Shown here: positions 1 through 11,594 of the stretch, one piece after another
Position numbering within the stretch: position 1 is the stretch's first letter
How the letters are laid out: the number at the start of each line of letters is the position of its first letter
Assembly: GCA_951406725.2 (NCBI GenBank)
Contig: OX597822.1
Coordinates: forward strand, 76,074,001-76,138,000
Direction: 5' to 3'
Source of the DNA: Octopus vulgaris
Taxonomy: Eukaryota
DNA length: 64,000 nt
The notes under the pieces: model-generated
Seen by the model: only the letters and a program-made list of their open reading frames with translations
The model's database searches: none
Told to the model about the DNA's origin: nothing
Program-made: the position numbers and the translations under genes

Positions 1-488
1 TCCATCTATTGAAATATTTATAAACTCCTTATGACTTTTCCATCTGTCTCGCTTATCTTTCATTATTTAAACATCTGCATCATCTTTGTCTCTTCCTGAA
101 AATCTCAGTTTCAAGAATTTGTCCCAATTATTCTTTCGAAATTCTGCTAACTTCCTCGATATATAACCCTACTCACGATCTCCCTGCCGACGCCATCATA
201 CATTTGTTCAAACACAGTATGTGTGACATATCTCTGACGTCTCTTCAGGACCTACATTTTTTTCTGCTGCAAAATACTTCTCTCGCCTGAAGTAAAACAT
301 TAAAATATGATAAGAGTGCCGATCTCATTACAAGATATACACCAATGACATTTTTTCTGATTAACAAGGCGCAATTTTTTTTCTGAATGCTAAATAAATA
401 GCCTGAGCTATAGATAACTATAGCATTATTTCAGAGGCCATTGTTCAGGAAGAGTGACATAAATTAGAAAAGGTAATTAAGTAGTTTG

Positions 489-489
<1 letters not shown>

Positions 490-550
<61 letters not shown>

Positions 551-833
551 GTGTGTGTAAATGTGTGTGTGTGTGTGTGTATAAACGTGTATATGTATAT
601 ATAAACATGCATGTATATATGTTTATATGTATGTGCATATATATATGTGTGTGTATATGCATGTATGTGTATATGTATGTGTGTGTGTATATATATATGT
701 GTGTGTGTGTATATATATATATGTATGTGTGTGTGTATATATATGTCTGTATATATATATATGCATGTGTATATATATGTGTATATATATACATATATAT
801 ATATGTATGTGTATATATGTATGTATGTATATG

Positions 834-874
<41 letters not shown>

Positions 875-948
875 ATATATACATATATATATGGATGTGT
901 ATATATGTATATATGTATGTGTGTATACGTATATGTATGTATATATAT
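490..948. repeat. Compound (TA)n/(TG)n/(TATG)n microsatellite
   Basis: Direct reading; explains the overlapping Y/I/C/V/H/T-rich ORFs at 445-970. Confidence 0.95.
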
Positions 949-1414
949 AATTAACATCTAGCAGAAGCAACAGAGTAGCTTAAGGGCCCAGAGTTTCATG
1001 CGTTGGCACTTATCAAAAATATATCTCTGCTCTATTTCAAAGATATTAATTTGTTTCGAGCAGCATTAAACAAGTGGAAATGTTCAGAAAAGCCCAGAGG
1101 TGGATGCTTTTTCAATCTCCGGTTGAAAATATTTTCCCATTCCTTATAATGATATTTTCCTTTCAAAAGGCAACAACAGCACAATCTAATCTTAACATCC
1201 TCTGAGATATGAGATTTGTTCATTTTATTCAGAAAGAGCGCAACAGATAAATGCGGTTGGTGTTACTGTTTCAGCCCGGTGGTTCTCAACCGGGTTTCAG
1301 ATAACCCATAAGGATCTATAGAAGATTTTTGTGGGTCCATGCAACAAAATAGTAAATTGGGGATCTACAAAAGTATTTGAAGAATCCCTGAAAAACATTT
1401 GCTTTATATATATA

Positions 1415-1970
1415 TAAAATATAAAATCCGTTCTGTCTGTCTGTGTATGTGTCTTCTAGGATCTCAGGCATCTTCCATCCGATTGCGCTCAAATTTGTTA
1501 TGTAGATACCGACGGTATTATAGGGCGTGTATAAGTCTTGAAAAAATTACAAAAATCGATTCCAGATGAGAATGTGATTGATAAAGCCGTAAGAACGTGC
1601 ATTTGTACGCGCAAGTACATCAGCTGTTGCGATCGATACTACACGTTCGCGAGAAAAATGCACGCGCCGTTTGCGCAAAAAAGCCGGCTGGCTTGAAATA
1701 ATGACACAAAATGCAGCATTTTTAAGAGACCAAAAAAGTAAGATGCAAAAGAGATATTTTCTTCAAATTTGGCATGAAGGAAAGAAAGACTATTTGGTTT
1801 CTCAAGAAGTTTTTTTTTTCCTTAACTTCGTTTAAGAAAACCAAAAATTTCATTGAAATAAAGGCATGCTTAATCATTTTTTAATGAAAAGAAATCACTG
1901 ACTGTGTTTTATTCAGCAGATATGATTCAGCACCCTCCATTGGACGGTGGGGGGATGGGCGTTTTGTTCG
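1415..1970 (+). mobile_element. Non-autonomous Helitron-like element, copy 1
   Basis: 5' ~160 bp (ataaaatccgttctgtctgt...atcgattccagatgagaatg) and 3' hairpin (ccctccattggacgg) shared with inverted copy 50890-51420; inserted in (TA)n. Confidence 0.6.
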
Positions 1971-2142
1971 TATATATATATATCACAGTAACCGACCAGG
2001 CTATCAGATGTTGCTACACACTACACATCGAAGGTCACAATGCGCTTCGCATTGCGTTAGCCTTCAAATGACGCCACCCCGCTGCCTAAGCGAGCAGGCC
2101 AATATATATATATATTTATATACATATATATATATATATATA

Positions 2143-2460
2143 TATGAAACTGTGTATTTAAACACAAGAGAAAACTACCTTTAACAGGTAATTTTTACAC
2201 GCTAGAAGAAGCAGTCAAAGCGACCTAAACCACATTTCAGAGCAGTTTTCGAAGGGAATGAAAATTAAAAACTTTTACCTTGTTATTTTTTTTACAGTTG
2301 TACCTAGGTTATACCTAACTAGGTAAAAGTTTTTATTTTTCATTCCCTTCGAAAATTGCTCTTAAATGTGGTTTTGGTTGCTTTGACTGCTTCTTCTAGC
2401 GTGTAAAAATTACCTGATAAAGGTAGTTTTCTCATGTGTTTAAATGTACACAATTTCATA
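2143..2460. mobile_element. Fold-back (hairpin) element, ~138 bp inverted arms
   Basis: 2143-2280 is the reverse complement of 2321-2460; related to the hairpin at 53876-54117. Confidence 0.85.
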
Positions 2461-2481
2461 TTGAGAATATGCTGTCTCTCT

Positions 2482-2897
2482 ATTTTACTCTTTACGCTTT
2501 TACTTGTTTCAGTAATTTGACTGCAGCCATGCTGGAGCATTGCCTTTAGTCGAGCAAATCGACCCCAGGACTTATTCTTTGTAAGCCTAGTACTTATTCT
2601 ATCGGTCTCTTTTGCCGAACTGCTACGTTACGGGGACGCAAACACAGCATCGGTTGTCAAGCGATGTTGGGGGTAAAAACACAGACACACAAACATACAC
2701 ACGCACACATATATACATACATATACATATATACGACGGGATTCTTTCAGTTTCCGTCTACCAAATCCACTCACGAGGCTTTGGTCGGCCCGAGGCTATA
2801 GTAGAAGACACCTGCCCAAACTGCCACGCTGTGGGACTGAACCCGGAATCATGTGGTTGGTAAGCAAGCTGCTTACCACACAGCCACTCCTGTGCCT
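2482..2897 (-). mobile_element. tRNA-derived SINE family A, full length
   Basis: Reverse complement of consensus ggcgcaggagtggctgtgtggtaag...ggttcagtccc...ccttgggcaagtgtc...ggcggtgctccagcatggccgcagtcaaatgactgaaacaagtaaaag. Confidence 0.92.
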
Positions 2898-3524
2898 ATT
2901 GACTTCTTATACATGCTATTGACTTTTTACTTTTTATACATGCTAGGCCACTGGTAGTTAAATTTCTAAAAATATTCGCCATCCTATATATTTATGCATA
3001 TATATATAGAGAGAGAGAGATAAAGAGAAAGAGAAAGAGAGAGAGAGAAACAGCTAGGTTTCTTTCTCTAACATTTTACATAGCTCAACCTATACAAGTG
3101 AATGTGTGAATAACAAAATAGGAATTTTGAAAGAAGTTCCTATAAAACTAGTTTTTAATTATTGAATGGCTACGGGCGTCCACCAGAATATAGTAATAAT
3201 CAAAAGGGTCCATAGACAAAAAATAGTTGGGAACCCTGTTTTAGTGCATGCTTTCGTTGGATAGGAAAGGGCTTGATAACAAAATCCACTGAGTCTGATA
3301 TAACGGGGCTTTATTATTGCAAAAGGCTGTAGTTGAAAAAGACTCGACAGTGTTACTATTAAAAAAAATGAGAGACCAGATCGAGAAGCGAGGGGCACAG
3401 TCTACTGCAGCAGGATATTCCAACCGTTACAGTATCTTCTCCTTCATTCCATGAAAAAAAAATCACTTCCAAACACTTAAATACGAAGGAACATTTAATA
3501 ACGTAACACTCGCACACATACGCA

Positions 3525-3615
3525 TGACTCTCTCAGCGTTTTGGCGTTGCCCGTTTGTCGTCGCTGATTCGGCACTGGCATATATGACATCAGATATTTT
3601 AATCACGCTCTCACT

Positions 3616-3688
<73 letters not shown>

Positions 3689-3799
3689 ACTATTTCGGTG
3701 GTTTGGCGCTGCCCATTTGGCGTTGCTGATTCGGTACTGACATATCTGGCATCCCATATCAATCACGCCCTCTCTCTCACTCTCTCTTTCACTCACTCC

Positions 3800-3878
<79 letters not shown>

Positions 3879-3890
3879 TATATATATGTA
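3525..3890. repeat. Two diverged ~85 bp units separated by (CT)n, followed by (CT)n/(TA)n
   Basis: ttggcgttgcccgtttgtcgtcgctgattcggcactggcatat vs ttggcgctgcccatttggcgttgctgattcggtactgacatat. Confidence 0.75.
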
Positions 3891-4025
3891 AGCCGAAATC
3901 TAGTTATATTTGTATGTATGCGTAATGTCTCTCTCTCTCTCTCTCACTCCATGCAGAAATAATACTGTGCACACGAATGTGTGTACATATGTACATGTGT
4001 AGGTGTGCATATGTATGACTGTGTG

Positions 4026-4060
<35 letters not shown>

Positions 4061-4644
4061 TATGTCTTCCTCTACTTCTAATGCCAGAAACGTAAAGTCA
4101 CTAAAACAAGTCAATTTCAGTCACCCGCGCCAAAAACAGCTATGCCCTATCGTTCCACGCTTGTTACCACTAGCAATACTCAATAAAACATAGAACTACA
4201 TAACAACTCATACAATTCCAACGATTCCTACACAATATCAACTGAAGTCGTTCCCATTTTATTTCTCACGATGGAGCATATGAAATTTTCTCTACCAGCC
4301 TTTTCCACCCATCTCTATTTTGAATTACTCCACACCGCAAACGATCCGGTATAGAAATGCTAAGGTAACTGCCATTCAAGTGTTTCATTAGATTTGGTAA
4401 TCTTGTTGGTACAAATGATGTGGTACCACTAGTACTACTAAACTCAAGGTACGGGTACCGTTAGTTTTGAAGCAGCTCATATCCTTTCAGAGGTTTTGGT
4501 TTCTAAATCTTGTTCAGAGTTGTCCACATTGCGACATTGTGTAACCTAGTAAGGAGCGTTTAGTCCCAGGTCACTTGTTTAATGTTGCTCGAAGCAAATT
4601 AATATCTTTAAACTACAGCAAGTAGAAAAGCACGTGATTGAAAT

Positions 4645-5010
4645 ATTATTATTATTCAGGTCACTGCCTGGATTCGAACTCGGAATCTTGGGGTTAGTAG
4701 CCCGCGCTCTTAACCACTACGCCATATGCCCGTGGAATAGTGGTTAAGAGCGCGGGCTACTAACCCCAAGATTCCGAGTTTGTTTCCAGTCAGTGACTTG
4801 AATAATAATAATAGTAATAATGATAATAACAACAACATCGAAAAATACTTTAGGAATGAGAACCCAGGTTCGAAATTTCCCCAAGACACCTGATGAACGC
4901 TGGATGGTATACCAGCCGAATAGATGTGTTAACAACAAAAAGATGAGGACAAATATCCGTCAAATGTAAATAATGTACATAATTCCTCATTTCTTAAATA
5001 TTGAACTGTA
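4645..5010 (+). mobile_element. tRNA-headed element with inverted head duplication and a 3' hammerhead-like motif
   Basis: 4645-4719 inverted vs 4738-4812; A box TGGCGTAGTGG and B box GAGTTCGAATCC on the minus arm; acac-CTGATGA-acgctgg...ccagcc-GAAT at ~4886-4930; 3' part repeated at 56242-56360. Confidence 0.75.
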
Positions 5011-5140
5011 GATATCCTTGTTGTTTCTATCTGTGGTTTGTTTATTTTAATGGTTGCTTTGAGGAATATAAGCTTAATAGTTCAAGTTAGATTTAATAAC
5101 TTTCGAAAACTACTAACAATAATCCCTTAGACGCACTCAC

Positions 5141-5530
5141 GGCTGTGTGGTTAAGGAGCTCGCTTTACGACCATGTGCTTTTGGGTTCAGTCCCACAACA
5201 CGGTATCTTGGGCAAGTATCTTCCACTATAGCCCCGTGGCGACCAATGTCTTGTGGATGAATTTGGTTGACGGAAACTATGTGAAAACCCGTTCTGTATA
5301 TACATACATGTGTGTGTGTGTGTCTTTGTTTCTGAGCTTGTGTCCCTCACAGCGCTTGACAGTCGATGCTGCTTTGTTGAAGCCCATGTAACGTAGCGTT
5401 TCGGCAAAAGAGTCCAATAAATCAATACGTGCAAGACTTTAAAATGAGCAGTGGAGTTGATTTGCTTGACCAAACCCTTAGCATGGCCACATTCCAATAA
5501 CTGAAGCAATTAAACGATAAACAATAAAAA
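5141..5530 (+). mobile_element. SINE family A, diverged
   Basis: ggctgtgtggttaagg...gggttcagtccc...cttgggcaagt...gcatggccacattccaataactgaagc. Confidence 0.85.
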
Positions 5531-5583
5531 AATTATTCTCTGAATTAATTGCTAATATTTCAGTCGTCTTTGTGTATCTGTAT

Positions 5584-5625
5584 TTTTACTGATGAGCTCT
5601 GAATAAAACGAAACATGCCTGGAAT
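5584..5625 (+). ncRNA. Degenerate minimal hammerhead ribozyme motif
   Basis: tttta-CTGATGAG-ctctgaataaaac-GAAAC-atg-cc-tggaa; stem II decayed. Confidence 0.5.
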
Positions 5626-6159
5626 TATCTCTCGTAAAATATCATTAGTCATCATTTAACCTTATTTTTCTTTTACCGCATATATTTATTATAATTTAGC
5701 TTAACTGGCGTTTCTAATATTTAATTATCTTGACAGTGGTAGATTGATAATATCGACAGCTTAATCGATAAAATGCCCTGCCGCATTTTCGTTGGATACA
5801 TTTACACACTTAGGTCGATGTTTTCTTTCTGTGGGATCGATAAATAAATACCAGTTGGGTACTGCAGTTGATATAATTGAATAAACCCATTCGTCAAACT
5901 TGAGACCATGTGCCTTTATTTCAAATCAATATTCAGTTATCTTTATTGCCGCCAGAGGTCAGGATTTAATAGAAACTTGGTGTCATTGGTTATCGTTATG
6001 ATGATGCTTAGAACGTTATTCGAGGCTTTCGTTAATCGATTCCTGTGTTATAAAGTGCAATGAAGTCTGTATTTGTAACATTGGTAGCGGTCATAATGAT
6101 GTAGAAACTGTAATGCTAATTTTGGATGAAATTGATGTAATGACGGGGACATTGGGAAC

Positions 6160-6410
6160 GCGTGTGGCCTAGAGCTTACTCGCGATCGTAAGATTATTGT
6201 TTCGATTCCCGGACAGAGTGATGTGTTGTGATCTTAAGTAAAGCACATCCTTTTACGTTACATCGGCCTACTCGACTGTAAACGAGATGGGAAGTCAGTT
6301 CTGCGAAGGACTGGCGTCTCGTTGATGGGAAAATTAGTTTTGTAATCACAGTCATACGCCATGCTAGCCGGGTTAAGATCTGGCCTTATGAATCCATGGG
6401 TTCGTGATAG
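6160..6410 (+). mobile_element. Diverged tRNA-derived SINE (family D-like)
   Basis: gtggcctagagc...gtttcgattcccggac...gtgttgtgatcttaagtaaagcac resembles 63198-63535. Confidence 0.55.
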
Positions 6411-6645
6411 ACAGAGTGTAGAACTACAAAAATCTAAGAGTAATTCAAGTAGTCACAAAACGCGAAGAAAAACAAGAAAAACTTATGTCTTCAAGTAAGG
6501 CAAAAAATCCAATCCAAAGGTTGATGTGACAAATGACAGGGAGAATAACAAATAAACACCGACAGAAAAATAACGCCGCAATGTTTTAAAACTATTTTAA
6601 AACGGCGCAATTGAAGACAATATCAAAAAAATTGGTGACCCTTCT

Positions 6646-7123
6646 AGGAATATGTATCATACATCAAAATTAAGCTGATCCTCTGTGGATCACATCCCTA
6701 CTCCTCAACATAGTCACCGTTTCTCTCAATAGCAATGTTCCACCTTCGAACGATTCTGTTGACTGTTCTTTGAGCCACTTCTTCACTAGTTTTCACTTCC
6801 TCGTCCCTAGAATAATGTTTGCCTCTCAAACCCTCTATCATGGGGCCAAAGAGATGATAGTCTGAAGGCGCTTAATTATTCCAGTGACAAGGAAGCGAAA
6901 ACTGTAGTGAAGAAGTGGCTCAAAGAACAGTCAACAGAATTATACAGGGCAGGGATACATGCTTTCATTCGAAGGTGGAACATTGCTATTGAGAGAAATA
7001 TGTTGAGGAGAAATATGATGTGATCCACAGAGGACCAGCTTCATTTTGATGTATGATACATGTTCCTGTGTTGGTAATTATACCTGTCCTAAACAAAATG
7101 GCATTACTTTTTGACTCACCCTA
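6646..7123. mobile_element. Mariner-derived fold-back MITE, copy A
   Basis: Two inverted copies of a mariner transposase 3' end (KTVVKKWLKEQSTE...IHAFIRRWNIAIERN); homologous to 20267-20809. Confidence 0.85.
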
Positions 7124-7429
7124 TCTCGGTCACTTATACCGCAAGGAAACCGAGTAAAACTTGTCTTATGCGTCCTACGAGTCGAAGACAGTAACGATCA
7201 AGGAATTTACTAGTGACGTTGGTATCAGAAAATGTGTAGTATGAAAATTAGTGCCGTAATTTGCAGTTCATATGACAGAGAGGGAAGTGCTGCGAGACAA
7301 TGTTTTGATCTCAATACTTGGTCCTTTCTAGTGTGTTGTTGGGGGATATATTATACTTCATGACACCGTCTTCATACACGATTGTAATAAAAATTAGGAT
7401 TGTTTAGGAATATTATCAAAACAATAATA

Positions 7430-8100
7430 ATCTTCATCATTAAGATTAACATTATCAATGTCATCAGTGACGTCATCATCATGAACGTCAATACAAACAA
7501 AGAGAACGGCTACAGCTCATTCATCATCTTCATTATAATCATCGTCGTTGTCATCTTCGTCGTAGTCATCACCATCAAGAAGACTCAACGATGCCACATT
7601 CATAGTTATCAACATCATGATGGGGATCATCATCTTCATTATTGTCGATGTTGTCGTCGTTGTGTGTCATCGTTATCGTCATCATCATCATCATCCTTAC
7701 CCAAAATCACCATCTTATTCATTGATGTCGTCACCGCTACCACCACCACCACCACCACCACCACATTCACCACCATTATGATAGTGATCATGATCATCAG
7801 GATTATAGGAACAACAGCAGTAGACCTAATAACACTATCAGAAGCAATTTTTCATGTCCAACATTTTTACTCCTATTATTATTATTATTATTATTGGTTT
7901 CTGCTTTTGTTTGCTGCAGAGAACAAGTCGATAGGGTAAGGTATAAGGTACGGTACGGCATGCAGTTTACAACTAGTGGTGTTATGTTATGTGATATGAT
8001 ACGATACGGAATGAGGCGGTGGGGTACGGTTCGGTGTGGTATGGTATGGCATGTTATAGTATGATGTAGCATAGCTTGGTGTTGGCATTGTGATGTTGTG
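7430..8100. repeat. Low-complexity (ATC)n/(ACC)n/(TTA)n and pentamer (GGTAT/GTTAT) tracts
   Basis: Direct reading. Confidence 0.8.
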
Positions 8101-8179
8101 TAATGTTTTCCTCTGCGCTGTTATCTCGTATATATTATGGTATATCGATAACGTACTTGTTTTAAAATATCAGAGGAAC

Positions 8180-8423
8180 ATCACCGTGTGCAGCAATATA
8201 TGTGTGCGTGTGTGTTTATGTATGTGTTTGTATCAGTGTGTATGTGTAAATATACGTACAACATATATGTTCTGCATATACATAGAATATATGTATGTGT
8301 GTATTTATATATATACATATATATGTATCTGTGTGTGTGTGTCTATGTGTTTCTGTCCGTGTTTATGTGTAAGGTATACGTAACATATATGTTGTGTATA
8401 GACATACAATATATATTTCATGA

Positions 8424-8463
<40 letters not shown>

Positions 8464-8471
8464 TTATATAT

Positions 8472-8523
<52 letters not shown>

Positions 8524-8662
8524 TTGCATGTATATGTGTGTATATATGTATATATATATATGTAATAGACACGTAATATACTTGTGATGTGTGTGTGTGT
8601 ATATATATATATACGCATATATATATATTTATATACTTAAATATATATATATGCATGTGTGT

Positions 8663-8719
<57 letters not shown>

Positions 8720-8760
8720 TTTTATGTATATTTATGCGCGCTTGTGTGTGTGTGTCCAAC
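8180..8760. repeat. (TA)n/(TG)n microsatellite
   Basis: Direct reading. Confidence 0.9.
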
Positions 8761-9212
8761 ATGTAAGTAAGAAAAATTAAGGTTAAAAGACAAAGAATCA
8801 AAAAAATTAAATAACAACACAGAATAACAAAAACAAGAAAAAAAAATGATCCTCCACAATAAACAACATGGGTGCAGAAAAGATAATGTATATTGTATAA
8901 GCATTAATATCTGACAGACAAGAAGACTCCATGGCACATTGAGTGTCTGAGTGGGGAAAAGAATTTCATGCATTTCTCATGTTCTTCGGATTGCTCTGAC
9001 AAGTTATTATTGTAGAATATCGAAACACACAAATCATAAAAATCTAGGAATCGATATACGAACAAGGAATGATTCTTCCTCGCATTGAGTATACACATAC
9101 ATGTGTGTGTGCGTACATATATTTATGCACATAGATATACATATATGTATATAGAATCCATATCCACATACACACACACACAAACACACACACACATATA
9201 TATATATATATC

Positions 9213-9244
<32 letters not shown>

Positions 9245-9258
9245 CTCACACACACACA

Positions 9259-10124
9259 CAGAGGTTACGATGGGTAAACTGTTGTAATTTTAGATATTCA
9301 GTTTCGCGCATGTGCATTGATTGATTTGATTTTCTCGACTACACAGTATAGTAGGGTTAGTTAGGCACTGTCTGTGAGAAAAGCAACACCATGACGCAAT
9401 TCATTCTGCCAGATGTTTGGAAACGACAAGCTGTACTGCTTGGCGTTTGCCTCCAAAGCTCCAGTACGAACATTTCAGAGTGTTTGGGTGTTAATCTGAG
9501 GACATGTACCGAGAGTGATAAAGATCAAACATCCAGACAACATCGTGGTGTTTGGAGTGATTACCAGTGATGGTGAGGTTATGCCTCCTTTCATCTTTCC
9601 ACATGGCTTCATACTCAACACGGAGGCCTACATCAAGTGCCTGGAGGGAGAAGGTAACGCTGCCCTGGGTCAAGAGGGAGGCTGCTGGAAGACCCTATGT
9701 CTGGCAATAGGACTCTGCACCATGCCACACCAGCAGGAGAACTCAGTCGTGGCTGTCAAACAATTTCCGCGAATACATCACCCCTAACATCTGACCACCA
9801 AACTCCCCCCACTGCAACGCCCTTGATTAGTATGTGTGGGGCGCAGTTCAGCGAGAGACCAACAAAATTCCTTGTAACACCAGAGATGAACTGAAGGCAA
9901 GAATTATGGCAGCATTCACCAAATTAATCAAGGAGATCGTCCAGAAGAGTAGCAGGAGGTTCCGAAGTCATCTGGCGACTGTGGTTGAAGCCAATTGCGA
10001 TGTTAATGAATAAACTTACCCTTTAGAATTTCAAGATATTTTTATGTAATTCTCAGAAATATATCTGATAAAAGTGTTATTTTCATTTTGCATAATTTAG
10101 GCAGTTTACTCACCGCGCCTCGTA
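9259..10124 (+). mobile_element. Decayed maT (DD37D) Tc1/mariner-superfamily transposon
   Basis: Remnant KHPDNIVVFGVITSDGEVMPPFIF...Q*DSAPCHTSRRTQSWL...*PPNSPHCNALD*YVWG with 37 residues between the catalytic aspartates; imperfect TIRs gaggttacgatgggtaaactg / cagtttactcaccgcgcctcgta; stops and frameshifts. Confidence 0.85.
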
Positions 10125-10348
10125 TTTACTGTGTGCGTAAACGGATGCGTGGCGTTCGATTATATAATATATATATATATATATGACGCGGAGTAGATAA
10201 AATAAGGATTGTTCTTTATAATGCTTGTCTCGTTTCTCTATTTGTTTCTCTTGTTCGAAAAAAAGTTCGTTTTCCATGCTTTTGTTTTTTATGTTCTCGT
10301 TTTTCATTTTGTTTACGTTTCTTTTGACGTCCTTGTACCCATATATGC

Positions 10349-10388
<40 letters not shown>

Positions 10389-10599
10389 ATGTGTGTGTGT
10401 GTGTGTGTGTAGGTATGTATATATATATGTATATATTCATATATATATTACATACATATACACGAATATATATATATGTATATACGTATGTATTTGTATA
10501 TATACATATATATGTAAATATTTATGTATTTATGCAACTGTATATCTTGATATCTACGTGTATGTAACTATGTATATATAACTATGTATGAATGTATGT

Positions 10600-11100
10600 A
10601 TTTATCAGTCTGTGCGTTTGTGTAATTGCACGTGAAAGAAATACAATGACAGAAAGTGCGAGAGACAGGAAATTCTTGGCTACATTCCAAATTCCCAGTT
10701 TGGTTATGGAAAGTGAAAGTAGAGACATGACATCTGCAAGAGTAAATGCGAGCGGTTCTATAGGATGTATGGTTTGGTATAATGACGGCACTCAGTAAAA
10801 GAAAGAAATTGGACATTGAGGAACAACATAATGCAGTAAAAGATTGCTGGGTCGGATTTTGGAGATTGACATTTATTGCAATAACATTCCTGTCTGAAGC
10901 TGTCCCAAGTTGTCCACGGCTGTCTGCGGTTGAGCACAGCACAGCTGTCAACGGTTATTCTCGACCATGGGCAATCGTCTGGATTGAATCAACGCCAGTG
11001 CTTTTATCTGAAGCCCGGCGCTTATTTTGCCGGACCTCTAATTTACGAGGACCCAAAAAGGGGGGTGGGCATAGGCCAACAAGCGTTGATAGGGGACAGA
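10600..11100 (+). mobile_element. Possible internally deleted hAT element
   Basis: ORF start MTALSKRKKLDIEEQ..KDCW resembles SPIN/GTF2IRD2-type hAT transposase N-termini (MSKKRKVDxExRxFxxxW); TIRs not clear. Confidence 0.4.
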
Positions 11101-11122
11101 TATAGCCACAAAGACGCACACG

Positions 11123-11171
<49 letters not shown>

Positions 11172-11553
11172 TAATAGTTATCGCCATACTTATATGACAG
11201 TCCATAAATATAAGACTAAAGCTGTCGCTGATTAGCTCCAAGAGGCTATCGCCTCTAGCTAGCAATATGACACACGAACCTGCGTCCATTACAACCTTCG
11301 AACAGGGAGGTCAGCCGCTTCACCTTGCTAGTCAGACATCTGCAGACATGTTTCAGGGTTATTGCCCTTTATCAATGCAGCGTAGTCAGACCCAGCAGGT
11401 GTCGCTACTGACCGTCTGTTCGAAGATTTTATTTACCTAGTTACAGATGTCTGACTAGCAAGGTGAAGCGGCTGACCTCCCCTGTTCGAAGGTTGTAATG
11501 GACGCATCTTCGTGTGTCATATAGCTAGCTAGAGGCGATGGCCTCTTGGAGCT
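11172..11553 (-). mobile_element. Fold-back element with hammerhead motif in the spacer and an unpaired ~60 bp tail
   Basis: Arms 11234-11342 / 11444-11553 are near-perfect inverted repeats; minus strand 11340-11380 reads ctgca-TTGATAA-aggg-caataa-ccct-GAAAC-at-GTC-tgcag. Confidence 0.85.
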
Positions 11554-11594
11554 TATACACATATATTTACATACATATATAGATTATAAGATGT

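Larger units (their letters stand above)
1277..3238. mobile_element. hAT-type MITE split by nested insertions
   Basis: Left end ccggtggttctcaacc and right end gggtccatagacaaaaaatagttgggaaccctg resemble hAT TIRs (CAGTGGTTCTCAACC); similar termini at 14030-14600. Confidence 0.55.

Noticed and set aside
445-970. Long overlapping ORFs rich in Y/I/H/T/C/V (also at 8.1-8.8, 10.2-10.6, 17.6-18.0, 30.4-30.9, 32.6-32.9, 51.6-52.0 and 54.6-55.4 kb)
   Set aside because: Translations of (TA)n/(TG)n/(TATG)n microsatellites, which lack stop codons.
4661-4732. Possible genuine tRNA gene
   Set aside because: The acceptor stem does not pair and the sequence is part of a palindromic repeat element; treated as a SINE-type head.
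7400-7939. 179 aa hydrophobic ORF
   Set aside because: Built from (ATC)n/(ACC)n/(TTA)n low complexity; no recognisable domain.
8961-8990. Hammerhead-like motif on the minus strand (CCGAAGA-acatg...cat-GAAA)
   Set aside because: Stems I and III are not supported; could be chance.
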